Notes: generated by a model not told the origin, from the sequence alone. Shown: positions 37,102 through 48,032, counted from the stretch's first letter. The stretch: 64,000 nucleotides of DNA from Nitrospirales bacterium (GCA_029261275.1 JAJDBR010000109.1:2627-66626), one strand, 5' to 3'. Numbers and translations: made by a program.

Positions 37102-37419
37102 ATGACCCACCTTTTTAAATATTGTCTGTTCGTCTTTGTGGTAAGCCTTGTCCCGTTTTTTTCCGCAGTGGGAAGCGAAACAATTCAAGAACTTCCCGGT
37201 AAAGATTTGAAAACGACGACAAGCTCCGCTGGAGCACATATTTTGGAAGGAAAACTGTTAAACACTGAAGGAGAGTTTTGGATAGTAGAGGATATGTCCG
37301 GCAATCAACACAGGATTCACATTGGCACTGAAACCACCCTACCCCAAACTCCTAAGCAACAAGGAGATTCCATACAAGCAGTTGTCAGAAAAGGTGGGCA
37401 TGCAAGCTTCATACAATAA
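37102..37419 (+). CDS. Hypothetical exported small OB-fold-like protein
   Basis: GAGGT SD before ATG 37102; signal peptide; similar to 1736-2116. Confidence 0.7.
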   Translation: MTHLFKYCLFVFVVSLVPFFSAVGSETIQELPGKDLKTTTSSAGAHILEGKLLNTEGEFWIVEDMSGNQHRIHIGTETTLPQTPKQQGDSIQAVVRKGGHASFIQ

Positions 37420-37565
37420 TCTATTTTACCATCCACGGCGGAGGGACGGGTTTTAAGGAGACTGCGATTCCGACCGCACCCGGGGTCTTGTTTCCTCATC
37501 AGCCACCTTCCCAATTGTCCCTCCGCCACCATTTTTTAAGAGGCCGTGACTCGGGAACAATAACA

Positions 37566-38027
37566 ATGGATATTTTTAGCATGCCTCTTTCATCTAGATC
37601 ATCGGCCCCAATCCCAACCAGGAGCCCAGAACATATCCTGCTCGTAGATGATGACGACCTCCACCGCTCCTGCCTTAAAGAATTTCTTGAACGACGGGGT
37701 TACCTGTGCTTGGAGGCGACCAATGGCGTCGCGGGACTTGAGGTTTTACGTCAAGAATCCATCTCGATTATTATTACGGATAACAATATGCCTGAAATGG
37801 ATGGATTGACCTTTATTGAACAGGTGAAGCATGAGTTTCCCAATGAAATTCTTCCTCTATTTCTCATGACAGCAGAAATTTCTAACCCAGTCCGTCTTCG
37901 CGCCTTTAAAAACGGCGTGTACCGAGTTTTTGAAAAACCATTTGATTTCCAGGAACTCTGTGGGGCCGTGGATTGGGTGGCCAAGTTTGATCTTCATCCT
38001 CCTCTCTCGACTAAATCTTCTTTATAG
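37566..38027 (+). CDS. Single-domain response regulator
   Basis: LVDDD, ITDNNMPEMDG, LMTA, EKP; start 37566 or 37581. Confidence 0.88.
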   Translation: MDIFSMPLSSRSSAPIPTRSPEHILLVDDDDLHRSCLKEFLERRGYLCLEATNGVAGLEVLRQESISIIITDNNMPEMDGLTFIEQVKHEFPNEILPLFLMTAEISNPVRLRAFKNGVYRVFEKPFDFQELCGAVDWVAKFDLHPPLSTKSSL

Positions 38028-38167
38028 ATCTTCCGGGCACACTTCAAGCTTGCGTTTGATGTGGAAGCTCTGAATATCTGCGCTGGTTGCGCCTTGAATG
38101 CTGTAGGAGTGTGAGAGACCAATGAGATAATACCGAGCGAATTCAGAGGATGCGGGAACTGGGTAAA

Positions 38168-41100
38168 TTACATGATTTCACTTGAGGGCCCTGCGAGCTC
38201 CTCAAGCACCTCCTTCAAAGTTTTCGCAAGCACCGCTCCATTCACCGGTTTCATGAGAAAACCCTTGAGGCCAAGTTGAGCGGCCTTTTCTTCCGACATG
38301 GTGTGGCTAAAACCTGTACAGAGCACAATAGGAATATCATGGCGAATCTCTAGCAACGCCTTGGCCAAAGTTTCTCCGCTCATTGTCGGCATAGTTTGAT
38401 CCGTCACCACGACATCAAACTGATGGGGCTCATTGCGCAAGAGCTCAACGGCCTCATGAGGGTTCGTCTTGGCAACAACCGTGTAGCCCAAATGGGTCAA
38501 CACTTGTTCGCCCCACCTGGCCAACACATCCTCATCATCGACAAACAAGACCTTCCCTCTACCTTTCGGCCAATCCATCGCAGTGACATTTTGAGGGGGA
38601 AGAACGACATCTAACCGAGGGAGTAAAATGGCAAACGTCGTCCCTTGCCCCTTCATACTCGAAGCACCAATATGTCCTCCATGCCCCGCAATAATGCCAT
38701 GCACGACGGCCAAACCCAGACCTGTCCCCTCTCCTAAACTCTTCGTGGTGAAGAACGGCTCAAAGATCCGTTCTAACACGTCACTAGACATGCCTTGGCC
38801 AGAATCTTGAATTGTAAGTTGCAAAAAGGTGCCAGGTTTCAACTCGGGAAATTCCTGACTCGATTGTTCCGTCACCTCTCTAGAAGTCACCCTCAGGCTC
38901 AACACTCCTCCCTTCTCACGCATGGCTTGTTCTGCATTGGCACACAAATTCATAATGACCTGATGCATTTGTGTGGAATCAGCGAAAACAACTGCGGAGT
39001 CCATGGCCACATGGGACCGTATTTCAATAGTGGTGGGGAGGGTTGCCCTTACCATCTGTAGGGATTCTTGCACCACAACGTTCAAGTCAACAGCTTCTCG
39101 TTCGTGGTCGGATCGTCGGCTAAACGCCAAAATTTGCTTCACCAGTTCTTTAGCCCGGTGTCCAGCGGTTAGGACTTCTTCTAAATAGGAAACTAACTTC
39201 GGTTCTTTTTTGGCTTGCGTCAACGCCAGTTCTGAATACCCTAAAATAGCCCCTAAAATATTATTAAAATCATGGGCTATCCCCCCGGCTAAGGTCCCAA
39301 TCGCTTGCATTTTTTGCGTATGCCTCAGCTGTCGTTCACTATGCTCCAGGGCCTCTTCAGCACGTTTTCGGTCTGTAATATCTTCAGAGGACAAGAGCAA
39401 CATCTGTTGTTGATTCGGGCCGATAATGGCCCGACATGTTTCTTTGACCCAAATACTCGTCCCATCTTTTTTTACTTTCCGAAATTCTTTCTGAGAGATC
39501 TGATTGACTGCCGCAAAGCTCTTCTTAAATTCCCTGAGAAAGACAGTATGATCAGCTGGGTCAAGCACCGAAAGAATGGATTGCCCCACTAATTCAGGAA
39601 CGGCATATCCCAACAGAGCAGCTCCAAATTGATTCACGGATAAGATCGTCAATTGAGAGTCCACGGTAAAGTACGTAAGTGGTGATTGATCATAAAGGAC
39701 ACGGTAACGCTCCTGGCTCTCTTGCAAAGCTTCCAGTGCTCGTTTTCGCTCAAGTTCGGCCCCCGCTCGAGCAGCAAATATTTGCACTAATGAACGGTCT
39801 TGGGCATTCAAATTCAAAGGCTTTTCATCCATGATGGCCAAATTGCCTACCACTTCCCCTTCAGAATTGAAGAGAGGGGAACCACAATACCCTTCAAGAT
39901 TTAGAGCTTTCACCGTGGGGTTCTTAGGAAATAACTCTTGGACCCCTTGAGGAAAATATACTGGATGTCCCTCAAAAACTTTCTCGCAGGGTCCTTCAAG
40001 GCAATCATATGTAAATTTTGACTCAAAACGATCCCCACGCCAAAAAACCAATCCGTGAACAATTGGGAAGGTCTCTTCGACTCGTTCGGCTAAAAAAACC
40101 ATCGGAACCTGAATAGAATGCGCCAATTGACGAACCAGATTCTGGAAAAAATTCTGACTCCCTGGTCCACCAGTTCCTTTGACGATGGCTTCTAAGGCTT
40201 CTTCCGCTTTTTTTCGCTCAGTAATATCGCGCGACACGATCACTCCTCGTACATCCCCTAGAGCGGTTTGAAACACGCGCCCAGTACTCTCAAACCAACG
40301 ATACCTTTCATTATGGTGGCGATAGCGATAGGTGGCACGCCCGGACCCTAACACCTGCATACCCTCAGTAAATTCGCTCACAACCATTGCTTGATCATCA
40401 GAATGGACATAAGAAAAAATATTGGCTCCAAGTAATGCTTGAGGGGCATAGCCTAATACCTCTTCAAAATTCGGGCTGGCATATAAAAACGTTCCCGCCC
40501 CATCCACCTCCGCTATTAAGTCGTACGCATTCTCCATAATAGCCCGATACCGTTTTTCTCGTTCTTGAATCGTTACTTCTGCGGCTTTGCGAAAAGTTAT
40601 ATCCCGGGCAATGCAAAACAGACCCTCCAAACTTTCTGTCGTCTGCCCAAAAATCTCTTTGGTGACCAGGAACGTGCGAGAAACGACCCCAGCCTCTTCT
40701 ACATCAATTTCAAATGATTGTGGAATTTTCTCATGGATCACAGCTTGATCATATTTGGTAAAAAGAGGATGCGTTCCCTCGGGAAACAATTCTGCATCAG
40801 TACACCCGATGATCTCTTCAATCTGGCGACCGAGAACCGTCGCGCCCATGGAATTCACTAACAAATACCGACCTTCATGATCTTTGACAAAAATGATATC
40901 GCTGGTCCCCTCAACCACGGCAGTTAATAACGCATGCTTTCGTTGGAGAGCATCTTCCACTTCCTTCTCGCTAGTGATATCTCGGATCGTTCCTCCACCC
41001 CGAACAAAAAGGCCGTGTTCATCAAAAATCGCTTGCCCCTTGCCCTTAAACCATCGATACTCGCCTTGCTTGGTCTTAAGGCGCGATTCCACTTCATAGG

Positions 41101-41974
41101 GAACTTGGTGCTCAATATGATCCCTTAGAGCTTGAAACACTCTATGATAATCATCGGAATGGAGTCGTTCCGCCCAAGATGCCAACACCGGTGGGAATTC
41201 GTGCACATCAAATCCCAAAAGAGCCTTAAATTCCGAAGAATACCAAGCGGGAGTCTCTGGTGAATTCCATGGGAGGCCAGGCAAAGGATGGGCTTCCCAC
41301 AAACCTTCTTGAGAACCTCTGGCCGCAACATGGAACCGATCAAGCTGTTCACGTAATGTCACAATCGTCTCTTGTGCTTCCGCAAGCTCCTTGCGAAGTT
41401 GCTCGTTCGCGGAAACACCCTTAGTCTCCTCAGGTTCTTCAGCAACTGGGATTGGCTTTGTAAGGCTGGGAGACAACGACTCATGGATATACCGCGCTGT
41501 TACATCGAGCACCACGCCTTCATACCCCAATATTCGGCCTTGGTTATCACGAATCACACGGGCATATTCTTCAAGCCACAATAATTCACGATTGGTTCGA
41601 TGTCCTTCCCATAACACGGGCCCAACTATTTCTTGGCTCTGAAGAAACTGCCTCCATTCGCTCCGTCGTTCTGGCTCAACATATAATTGAGTTCCAATAT
41701 TAGTCACGCATTTGAGCATTTCTTGAGAAGAGGGATATCCAAAAATTTGTGCAAGAGCTTCGTTCGCCATGACAAACTGTCCATCAACCGAACTGCGATA
41801 CATTCCAAAAATTGCGTGATCAATCAGTTGTTGCAGCCCTTTGATTTCCTGGTGGAGGAGAGAGTCCGTCTGATTCTGAGATAATCGGAGGGATAAGTGA
41901 AGGTCCCCGATTTGCTTTCGAAGGAGTTCAAGCGACTCTGAAAAGGGTGTGCTTGCAGGAATGGGATGATCCAT
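38168..41974 (-). CDS. Cytoplasmic hybrid sensor kinase: five PAS, GAF, HisKA, HATPase, REC
   Basis: Repeated PAS/PAC segments ending DIT.RK, GAF (YCGSPL...GNLAIMD), AHDFNNIL, FFTTK, GTGLGL, VTDQTMP. Confidence 0.94.
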   Translation of the reverse strand: MDHPIPASTPFSESLELLRKQIGDLHLSLRLSQNQTDSLLHQEIKGLQQLIDHAIFGMYRSSVDGQFVMANEALAQIFGYPSSQEMLKCVTNIGTQLYVEPERRSEWRQFLQSQEIVGPVLWEGHRTNRELLWLEEYARVIRDNQGRILGYEGVVLDVTARYIHESLSPSLTKPIPVAEEPEETKGVSANEQLRKELAEAQETIVTLREQLDRFHVAARGSQEGLWEAHPLPGLPWNSPETPAWYSSEFKALLGFDVHEFPPVLASWAERLHSDDYHRVFQALRDHIEHQVPYEVESRLKTKQGEYRWFKGKGQAIFDEHGLFVRGGGTIRDITSEKEVEDALQRKHALLTAVVEGTSDIIFVKDHEGRYLLVNSMGATVLGRQIEEIIGCTDAELFPEGTHPLFTKYDQAVIHEKIPQSFEIDVEEAGVVSRTFLVTKEIFGQTTESLEGLFCIARDITFRKAAEVTIQEREKRYRAIMENAYDLIAEVDGAGTFLYASPNFEEVLGYAPQALLGANIFSYVHSDDQAMVVSEFTEGMQVLGSGRATYRYRHHNERYRWFESTGRVFQTALGDVRGVIVSRDITERKKAEEALEAIVKGTGGPGSQNFFQNLVRQLAHSIQVPMVFLAERVEETFPIVHGLVFWRGDRFESKFTYDCLEGPCEKVFEGHPVYFPQGVQELFPKNPTVKALNLEGYCGSPLFNSEGEVVGNLAIMDEKPLNLNAQDRSLVQIFAARAGAELERKRALEALQESQERYRVLYDQSPLTYFTVDSQLTILSVNQFGAALLGYAVPELVGQSILSVLDPADHTVFLREFKKSFAAVNQISQKEFRKVKKDGTSIWVKETCRAIIGPNQQQMLLLSSEDITDRKRAEEALEHSERQLRHTQKMQAIGTLAGGIAHDFNNILGAILGYSELALTQAKKEPKLVSYLEEVLTAGHRAKELVKQILAFSRRSDHEREAVDLNVVVQESLQMVRATLPTTIEIRSHVAMDSAVVFADSTQMHQVIMNLCANAEQAMREKGGVLSLRVTSREVTEQSSQEFPELKPGTFLQLTIQDSGQGMSSDVLERIFEPFFTTKSLGEGTGLGLAVVHGIIAGHGGHIGASSMKGQGTTFAILLPRLDVVLPPQNVTAMDWPKGRGKVLFVDDEDVLARWGEQVLTHLGYTVVAKTNPHEAVELLRNEPHQFDVVVTDQTMPTMSGETLAKALLEIRHDIPIVLCTGFSHTMSEEKAAQLGLKGFLMKPVNGAVLAKTLKEVLEELAGPSSEIM

Positions 41975-42226
41975 GAAAGACGAGATTGGATTGAAAAGGC
42001 GAAATCCGGAAATATTAAAGAGACGGGCACCCTTACTTCAGCACCACAATGAAAGATCTGAAAACTTATGTCAAGAGGAAACGTTCATATGGTGGAACCA
42101 TTTTATTTAAGAAATGATTCCTGTCACACAGAATCTTGAACGACCTGACGAATGGTTATTTTTGATACAAAGGAAACACCATGGTAAACTTCAGCCAATT
42201 TCTCCCTTCTATTCTATGAACGACTC

Positions 42227-43012
42227 ATGAAAATACCTGTTCTCACGATTGCTGGTTCCGACCCCAGCGGCGGGGCTGGGATCCAAGCCGATTTGAAAGC
42301 CTTATCCGCCAACAATGTTTTTGCCATGTCGGTCTTGACGTCAATCACGGCCCAAAACACTTGTGGGGTTTCGTCTGTGTTCCATCTACCCACAGCGGTC
42401 ATTGACGCACAACTTGATGCGATTTTCTCTGATATTTCCGTCAGGACCATCAAAACTGGCATGTTGGCGACGCCCAATATCATCGCTACCGTGAGCCACA
42501 AACTGGCGGCGCAAAATATTGAATACCTTGTTGTTGATCCTGTCATGGTAGCCAAAGGTGGACATGCCCTTCTTGAAGAAGAAGGCATATCTTCGCTGAA
42601 ATCCCAGCTCTGTCCTCAAGCTTTTCTCTTAACTCCGAATATTTATGAAGCCCAAGTATTATCAGGCATGAGGATCAACACCATGGCTGATGCTCGAGCA
42701 GCGGCAAAAATCATTTTCCAATTAGGTTGTCGGCATGTGTTGATTAAAGGCGGGCACTTCCAAGAACAACCTGGCACAGACCTGCTCTACGATGGCCGAT
42801 TTTTTCGAATGTATAAAGGGGAATATATCCAGACCCACAATACCCATGGTACTGGTTGCACCTTGGCATCAGCCATTGCGGCACACCTAGCAAATGGGAA
42901 ACCCCTTGCCGATGCCATCGAGGCGGCAAAGACGTACACGACGGAGGCCATTCGTCATGGCTTCACCCTCGGCAAAGGCCATGGGCCTACAGACCATTTT
43001 TACTTTCTTTAG
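42227..43012 (+). CDS. thiD: Hydroxymethylpyrimidine/phosphomethylpyrimidine kinase
   Basis: [46 protein letters not shown]. Confidence 0.96.
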   Translation: MKIPVLTIAGSDPSGGAGIQADLKALSANNVFAMSVLTSITAQNTCGVSSVFHLPTAVIDAQLDAIFSDISVRTIKTGMLATPNIIATVSHKLAAQNIEYLVVDPVMVAKGGHALLEEEGISSLKSQLCPQAFLLTPNIYEAQVLSGMRINTMADARAAAKIIFQLGCRHVLIKGGHFQEQPGTDLLYDGRFFRMYKGEYIQTHNTHGTGCTLASAIAAHLANGKPLADAIEAAKTYTTEAIRHGFTLGKGHGPTDHFYFL

Positions 43013-43024
43013 GTTGAACCATCC

Positions 43025-43834
43025 GTGAATCCCATTTCACCACCCGAAGAATACCCCCGACTAGAGACCCCTCTAAATTTTTTGAGTTCTTCAGGTTTCT
43101 CCACACCAGCCATCTTGGCCGAACCTGACACGCCAACAAATCTTGGAGTCATTCTTTGTCATGGGTTTCTCTCTGATAAACAGAATCGCACCAATCGGCG
43201 ACTCACCGAACTCCTTGTTCCTCAAGGCATTGCCACATTTCGTTTTGATTGGTATGGCATGGGAGAAACTCAAGAGCATTTCTCCAAACTGAGTCTCAAG
43301 CTATGCGAGGAACAGCTCGATGCCGCCTTTCAAGTATTACAAGAACGAGGAATAACACAACTCGGATTAGTGGGATCCAGTTTCGGCGGATTACTCGCTA
43401 TTCTTTCAGCTCCAAGACAGGATAGTCTCCAGGCATTGGGCCTCAAATGCCCAGTTGTGGACTTTCCCGAAGCCTTACGACTGGAATTCGGCCATGAAGC
43501 CATGGGACGTTGGAAATCCACCAACCACATTCCCAATATTGGAGGTCAGAGCTCACCCGTTCCCTTGCATTATGATTTCTATGAAGAATGTCTGGCCTAT
43601 GATGCCTATGCCGCGCTTTCACACATACATGTTCCCACCTTAGTTATCCATGGCGATCAAGACGAACTCATTCCACGTCCCCAAATTGATCGTTTAATGA
43701 CCACGCTCAACACAACCAAACAAATGAAATTGATTAAAGGCGCCGGCCATCAATTTGACCAACCTGAGGAATTTCGACTCATGACAAGTTATTTGTCCCA
43801 ATGGATGATTCAACATCTGAAAAACTCAGGATGA
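43025..43834 (+). CDS. Alpha/beta-fold hydrolase
   Basis: CHGF, GSSFGG nucleophile elbow, HGDQD, GAGH. Confidence 0.9.
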   Translation: MNPISPPEEYPRLETPLNFLSSSGFSTPAILAEPDTPTNLGVILCHGFLSDKQNRTNRRLTELLVPQGIATFRFDWYGMGETQEHFSKLSLKLCEEQLDAAFQVLQERGITQLGLVGSSFGGLLAILSAPRQDSLQALGLKCPVVDFPEALRLEFGHEAMGRWKSTNHIPNIGGQSSPVPLHYDFYEECLAYDAYAALSHIHVPTLVIHGDQDELIPRPQIDRLMTTLNTTKQMKLIKGAGHQFDQPEEFRLMTSYLSQWMIQHLKNSG

Positions 43835-44328
43835 GCGAGACCCAGAAAATGAGTCATCCCAGTCTCGACACAAGGGAACCCACCAACAAACAGTTGGAAG
43901 TCTTCCGTGTGGTGTATCCTATGTTCAAAGATGAGGTCTTCAAGCGACGCGAACAAATGATACAGCTCATCGCCTTTGCGAGTACCTTTTTGATGTTAAT
44001 CCTTGTCACCTTACTGGCTAGTGCTCCCTGGACCGAATCAACTGTCTCGACCCGACTGTTCACCATTTCAGGCGTGACATTGTTTTCGGGCTTATTCGCC
44101 TATTTAATACTTCAGCATGCTGATCGACATCGTATGGCCAAACAGCAATTAATTGAATTGGAGAAAAATTCAGGTCTTTATCAAGATGGATGGCAAGCGG
44201 ACGGAAACACATTTTTCCCTAAGAATTGGCAATCCGATTGGACCGCCGATCAAAGTGTCACGATTTACCTCGCTATTCTTGCCGCTTTTACGATTTTAGT
44301 CATCTGCACCATTTTGGTTCAGGCTTGA
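43801..44328 (+). CDS. Hypothetical 3-TM membrane protein
   Basis: Three hydrophobic segments; start may be 43831 (ATG overlapping the upstream TGA). Confidence 0.65.
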   Translation: MDDSTSEKLRMSETQKMSHPSLDTREPTNKQLEVFRVVYPMFKDEVFKRREQMIQLIAFASTFLMLILVTLLASAPWTESTVSTRLFTISGVTLFSGLFAYLILQHADRHRMAKQQLIELEKNSGLYQDGWQADGNTFFPKNWQSDWTADQSVTIYLAILAAFTILVICTILVQA

Positions 44329-44373
44329 ATGATTCGCTCATGCTATTCGCACATTTGAGTAAAGAATATTGAA

Positions 44374-44892
44374 ATGTTGAAATCGTACCGAGGCGTCGCG
44401 CCAATTATAGCGGCCAATGCCTTCATTGAAGACACGGCCATGGTTATTGGTGATGTGGTCATTGGCACAGACTCCAGCGTCTGGTTTCATGCCGTCGTCC
44501 GAGGAGACGTGCACTTTATCCGCATCGGACATCGGACCAATATCCAAGATCTTTCTGTCTTACACGTCACTCATCATACCTATCCCTTATCCCTTGGGGA
44601 TGACATTACCATTGGACATCATGTGGTCTTACATGGCTGTACGATTCGTGACCGTGTGCTCGTTGGGATGGGGGCCATCATCATGGACGGCGCCCTTGTG
44701 GAAGAAGATTGTATTATCGGTGCTGGCAGCTTAGTGACAGAACGCACCCAGATTCCTTCGAAAAGCTTGGTACTTGGATCTCCAGCAAAAGTGAAACGCG
44801 CCCTCACCTCGGAAGAATTACTGTGGATCAAAGAATCCGCATCCCGTTATTCTCAGTACGCACAACATTATCTCGCCGATCAACAAGAATAA
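44374..44892 (+). CDS. Gamma carbonic anhydrase-like hexapeptide-repeat protein
   Basis: VRGDVHFIRIG..TNIQD...H, GHHVVLHGC metal ligands. Confidence 0.93.
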   Translation: MLKSYRGVAPIIAANAFIEDTAMVIGDVVIGTDSSVWFHAVVRGDVHFIRIGHRTNIQDLSVLHVTHHTYPLSLGDDITIGHHVVLHGCTIRDRVLVGMGAIIMDGALVEEDCIIGAGSLVTERTQIPSKSLVLGSPAKVKRALTSEELLWIKESASRYSQYAQHYLADQQE

Positions 44893-44965
44893 TACAGAAT
44901 GAAATCTTTCCACTGACAACACACCACAACCTCTGACACCAACCCTACTCCCCAACCCCCCCATC

Positions 44966-45775
44966 TTGACCGTTCGTCCCATGGACCAATTCTCACTGTT
45001 GCCACACCCACTCGTGATTCTCGGCGCAGGCTATACAGGCCTTCGAGTGTATCAACAGGCCATTAAGACAGGCTGGCGCGTTTTCGCCACCAGTCGCCAA
45101 CCCCAAATCCATTTGAGCAATATTCCTAAAGAACATCGCTTACGATTTGACCTGACTCAGCCAGAAACATGGTCTAATATTCCCGACCCTGCTTATCTCA
45201 TCTGGAGTTTTCCAACTATTTCATTAAAGCTGGTCAAAAATTTCTTATTGGCACGTTCAAAACCCACGGATCGAATGCTTATCATGGGAAGTACGTCAGC
45301 CTACCTCCCAGACGAACGCCCCATCACTGAGGACACCCCCCTCAAGCTTCACCTTCCCCGCGTCCAGACAGAGGAATATCTCCGGACCAACAATGGAGCC
45401 GTGATTATCCGATTAGCGGGCCTCTACGGACCAGGACGCCATGTGTTTGATTGGATAAGGAAAGGCAAAATCCAGAACACGAGAAAGTGGGTCAACCTTC
45501 TACACGTCGAAGACGCGGCGGACATTTGTCTTCAAGCCCTTGAACAGGCCTCCGATGGAAGCACGTATCTGGCGAGTGATGGTCATCCACGAACCTGGGA
45601 TGAAATTTGCACCGTCGCCTCAGAAAAATGGAAAATCCCCATTCCTGCTCGCACCTCGCCTCCACATTCTGGGAAGCAAGTGTCGATTCACAAACTGAGG
45701 ACAGGGTTACAATACACCTTCCATTTCCCTGATCTTTTCCAAGCATTGGATCACATTGAGGTTGGTTCGTCATAG
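44966..45775 (+). CDS. NAD-dependent epimerase/dehydratase (atypical SDR)
   Basis: ILGAGYTG, GSTSAY, RLAGLYGPGR, NLLHVEDAA. Confidence 0.85.
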   Translation: MTVRPMDQFSLLPHPLVILGAGYTGLRVYQQAIKTGWRVFATSRQPQIHLSNIPKEHRLRFDLTQPETWSNIPDPAYLIWSFPTISLKLVKNFLLARSKPTDRMLIMGSTSAYLPDERPITEDTPLKLHLPRVQTEEYLRTNNGAVIIRLAGLYGPGRHVFDWIRKGKIQNTRKWVNLLHVEDAADICLQALEQASDGSTYLASDGHPRTWDEICTVASEKWKIPIPARTSPPHSGKQVSIHKLRTGLQYTFHFPDLFQALDHIEVGSS

Positions 45776-45810
45776 CATTGGGGCTATGCCCAAAAAAACG
45801 CCACGAGAAA

Positions 45811-45980
45811 TTAGACGACCAACCCCTTATTGACCGCATGAGCGCACAGACCAGGGATGACATACCTGTCCGTTCATAAAGCCACCCCCTCAGCAGCCCA
45901 CTCCAAAATACCGTTAGAAATGCTATTAGCCCATATCCGTGAGCCTGTATAAAAATCACAGCGCTCCCAACCATATGTTG
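45811..45980 (-). pseudogene. Frameshifted remnant of a CPBP/Abi (CAAX-protease-like) intramembrane metalloprotease
   Basis: SAVIFIQAHGYG..FLTVFWSGLLRGWLYERTG, then after a 1-nt shift VIPGLCAHAVNKGLVV*; matches the CPBP C-terminal H...H.xxN pattern. Confidence 0.6.
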
Positions 45981-46507
45981 GATTTGGAAGGATTTTAGAG
46001 TTCCACATCTCCTGAAACGCCACAGAATTTATTGTCAGACCCGCTTTACCATCGAGGATTCTCATATACAATTGATCGAAGGCATTTCGTCTTTCGCTTT
46101 GGATTTCTACCTACCACTCGCGAAGGTGTTCTGAGGTATCCCCATCTTTCCACAAAAAGAATACAGGCCGTGTTCAAAAGCCGAGAACTCGGAGAGCGGT
46201 GATTCAACACCCAACATGCGACTGGCTAGTCGTTCCAAAACGCGACCCACCGGCAATGGTCCTGACATGACCTCAGAAGAAGCGACGCTCCACACAAGAA
46301 AAGTACACCCACATACATAATCCCTCAAACACAAGACAGTCAGAATTGGAGAAAATGAAATCTCTCCTGAGGAATTCGGGAACCCTTTGGAAGATTGAGA
46401 GGATTCAATCATGGTCCGACGAATTTCTTACCACTATATGCTCCACCTTAACCCAGTTATTCGATACAATACAGATAGGAACTATTCAAGAATGTTGGAG
46501 GAACCAC

Positions 46508-47995
46508 ATGGTGTGGAATTTTTTTAAACGAAGTCGAGATAGTGGCAGTACGGCTCAAGATATTGGTCCTTATTCCAATTACCGAATGGCGGTACGTTTA
46601 GAGCTGACACAACGAACGGGCGTCTTTGCCCAATTGGCCAATGCCATGGCAGAAGAGAATGCGAGCTTGGGCGCTGTGGACATCGTCTCGGCGACACGCA
46701 CCAAGGTCATTCGAGATATCACGGTGGATGTCCAAAGTGAAGAGCATGGTAAGCGTGTACTCGAACGACTGAACACGTTGCCAGATGTCCGGGTCATCGC
46801 ATCATCCGACCGAATTTTCCTCATGCATTTGGGCGGGAAAATTCGTGTCGAAAGCAAGTTTCCCATCACGACACGAAACGCCTTATCGATGGTCTATACA
46901 CCTGGGGTGGCACGTGTTGTCAAATCGATCGCTGAGGATGAAAAACATGCCTATACCTTTACCAGCAAAAGTAACAGTATCGCGGTAGTCACTGATGGGT
47001 CGGCCATCTTGGGCTTAGGCAATCTTGGGCCACTCGCTGCACTCCCTGTCATGGAAGGCAAAGCCATGCTCTTTCATCAATTTGCCGGTATCGATGCTTG
47101 GCCCTTGTGCTTGAATACGCAAGATCCAGAAATAATTATTCAGACGGTCTTGGCCATTGCCCCCACATTTGGGGGCATCAATCTTGAAGATATCAGCGCA
47201 CCGCGATGTTTTGAAATTGAACAACGGCTTCAACGTGAGCTCGAGATTCCGGTCATGCATGATGACCAACATGGAACCGCAGTGGTGATTCTCGCCGCCC
47301 TGCTCAACGCCTTACAAGTGATTGGCCGACAGATCCAGGATAGCACCATCGTCGTGATCGGACTGGGGGCGGCAGGAACCGCTTGTTGTGAATTGCTGTT
47401 GGGAGCAGGAATAACCAGGCTGAGAGGATGCGATAAACAAGGTTGGGTCTTAAACCGAACGATCACAGAGCTTCGTCCTCATCGCCATAACCTACGGACG
47501 CTCATTCAATATGATGCCGCGACGGGAACGATTCAAGATGCCTTAAAAGATGCTCATGTGGTCATCGGCCTATCCACCGCGAACGTGCTGAAACCAGAAG
47601 ACCTCGCGTTAATGGCGAAAGATCCTATTGTGTTGGCTCTCGCCAATCCTGACCCAGAAATTTCTCCTGAATTAGCCATTCCTTCTTGCCGCATCTATGC
47701 CAGTGGTCGATCTGATTATCCAAATCAATGCAACAATCTTCTATCATTCCCAGGGATATTTCGCGGAGCACTAGATGTCCAAGCTAAATCCATCAATGAA
47801 CCCATGTTGCTAGCTGCAGCAAAAGCCTTATCAAAGATTGTCCCAGAAACGGCATTAAGCGAGGAATATATTCTCCCCAGTGTGTTTGATAAAACAATCG
47901 TCCCTAAGGTCGCCAAAGCGGTGGCCCAGGCGGCTATTGACAGTGGCATTGCTCGACGAACAAAGAAAGAAGTGGAAGAAGAAACGGAGGGATGA
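46508..47995 (+). CDS. NAD(P)-dependent malic enzyme with N-terminal ACT domain
   Basis: ACT (GVFAQLA...GAVDI), YTPGVA, VTDGSAILGLG, INLEDI, HDDQHGT, GLGAAG, ALANP; SD before ATG 46508. Confidence 0.94.
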   Translation: MVWNFFKRSRDSGSTAQDIGPYSNYRMAVRLELTQRTGVFAQLANAMAEENASLGAVDIVSATRTKVIRDITVDVQSEEHGKRVLERLNTLPDVRVIASSDRIFLMHLGGKIRVESKFPITTRNALSMVYTPGVARVVKSIAEDEKHAYTFTSKSNSIAVVTDGSAILGLGNLGPLAALPVMEGKAMLFHQFAGIDAWPLCLNTQDPEIIIQTVLAIAPTFGGINLEDISAPRCFEIEQRLQRELEIPVMHDDQHGTAVVILAALLNALQVIGRQIQDSTIVVIGLGAAGTACCELLLGAGITRLRGCDKQGWVLNRTITELRPHRHNLRTLIQYDAATGTIQDALKDAHVVIGLSTANVLKPEDLALMAKDPIVLALANPDPEISPELAIPSCRIYASGRSDYPNQCNNLLSFPGIFRGALDVQAKSINEPMLLAAAKALSKIVPETALSEEYILPSVFDKTIVPKVAKAVAQAAIDSGIARRTKKEVEEETEG

Positions 47996-48032
47996 CAGAC
48001 CAACAAAACTTTAAACCTAGAAAGTAGCACTA

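Noticed and set aside
41975-42226. TPP riboswitch before thiD
   Set aside because: No CTGAGA or GAACCTGAT...AGCGTAGGGA core in the leader.
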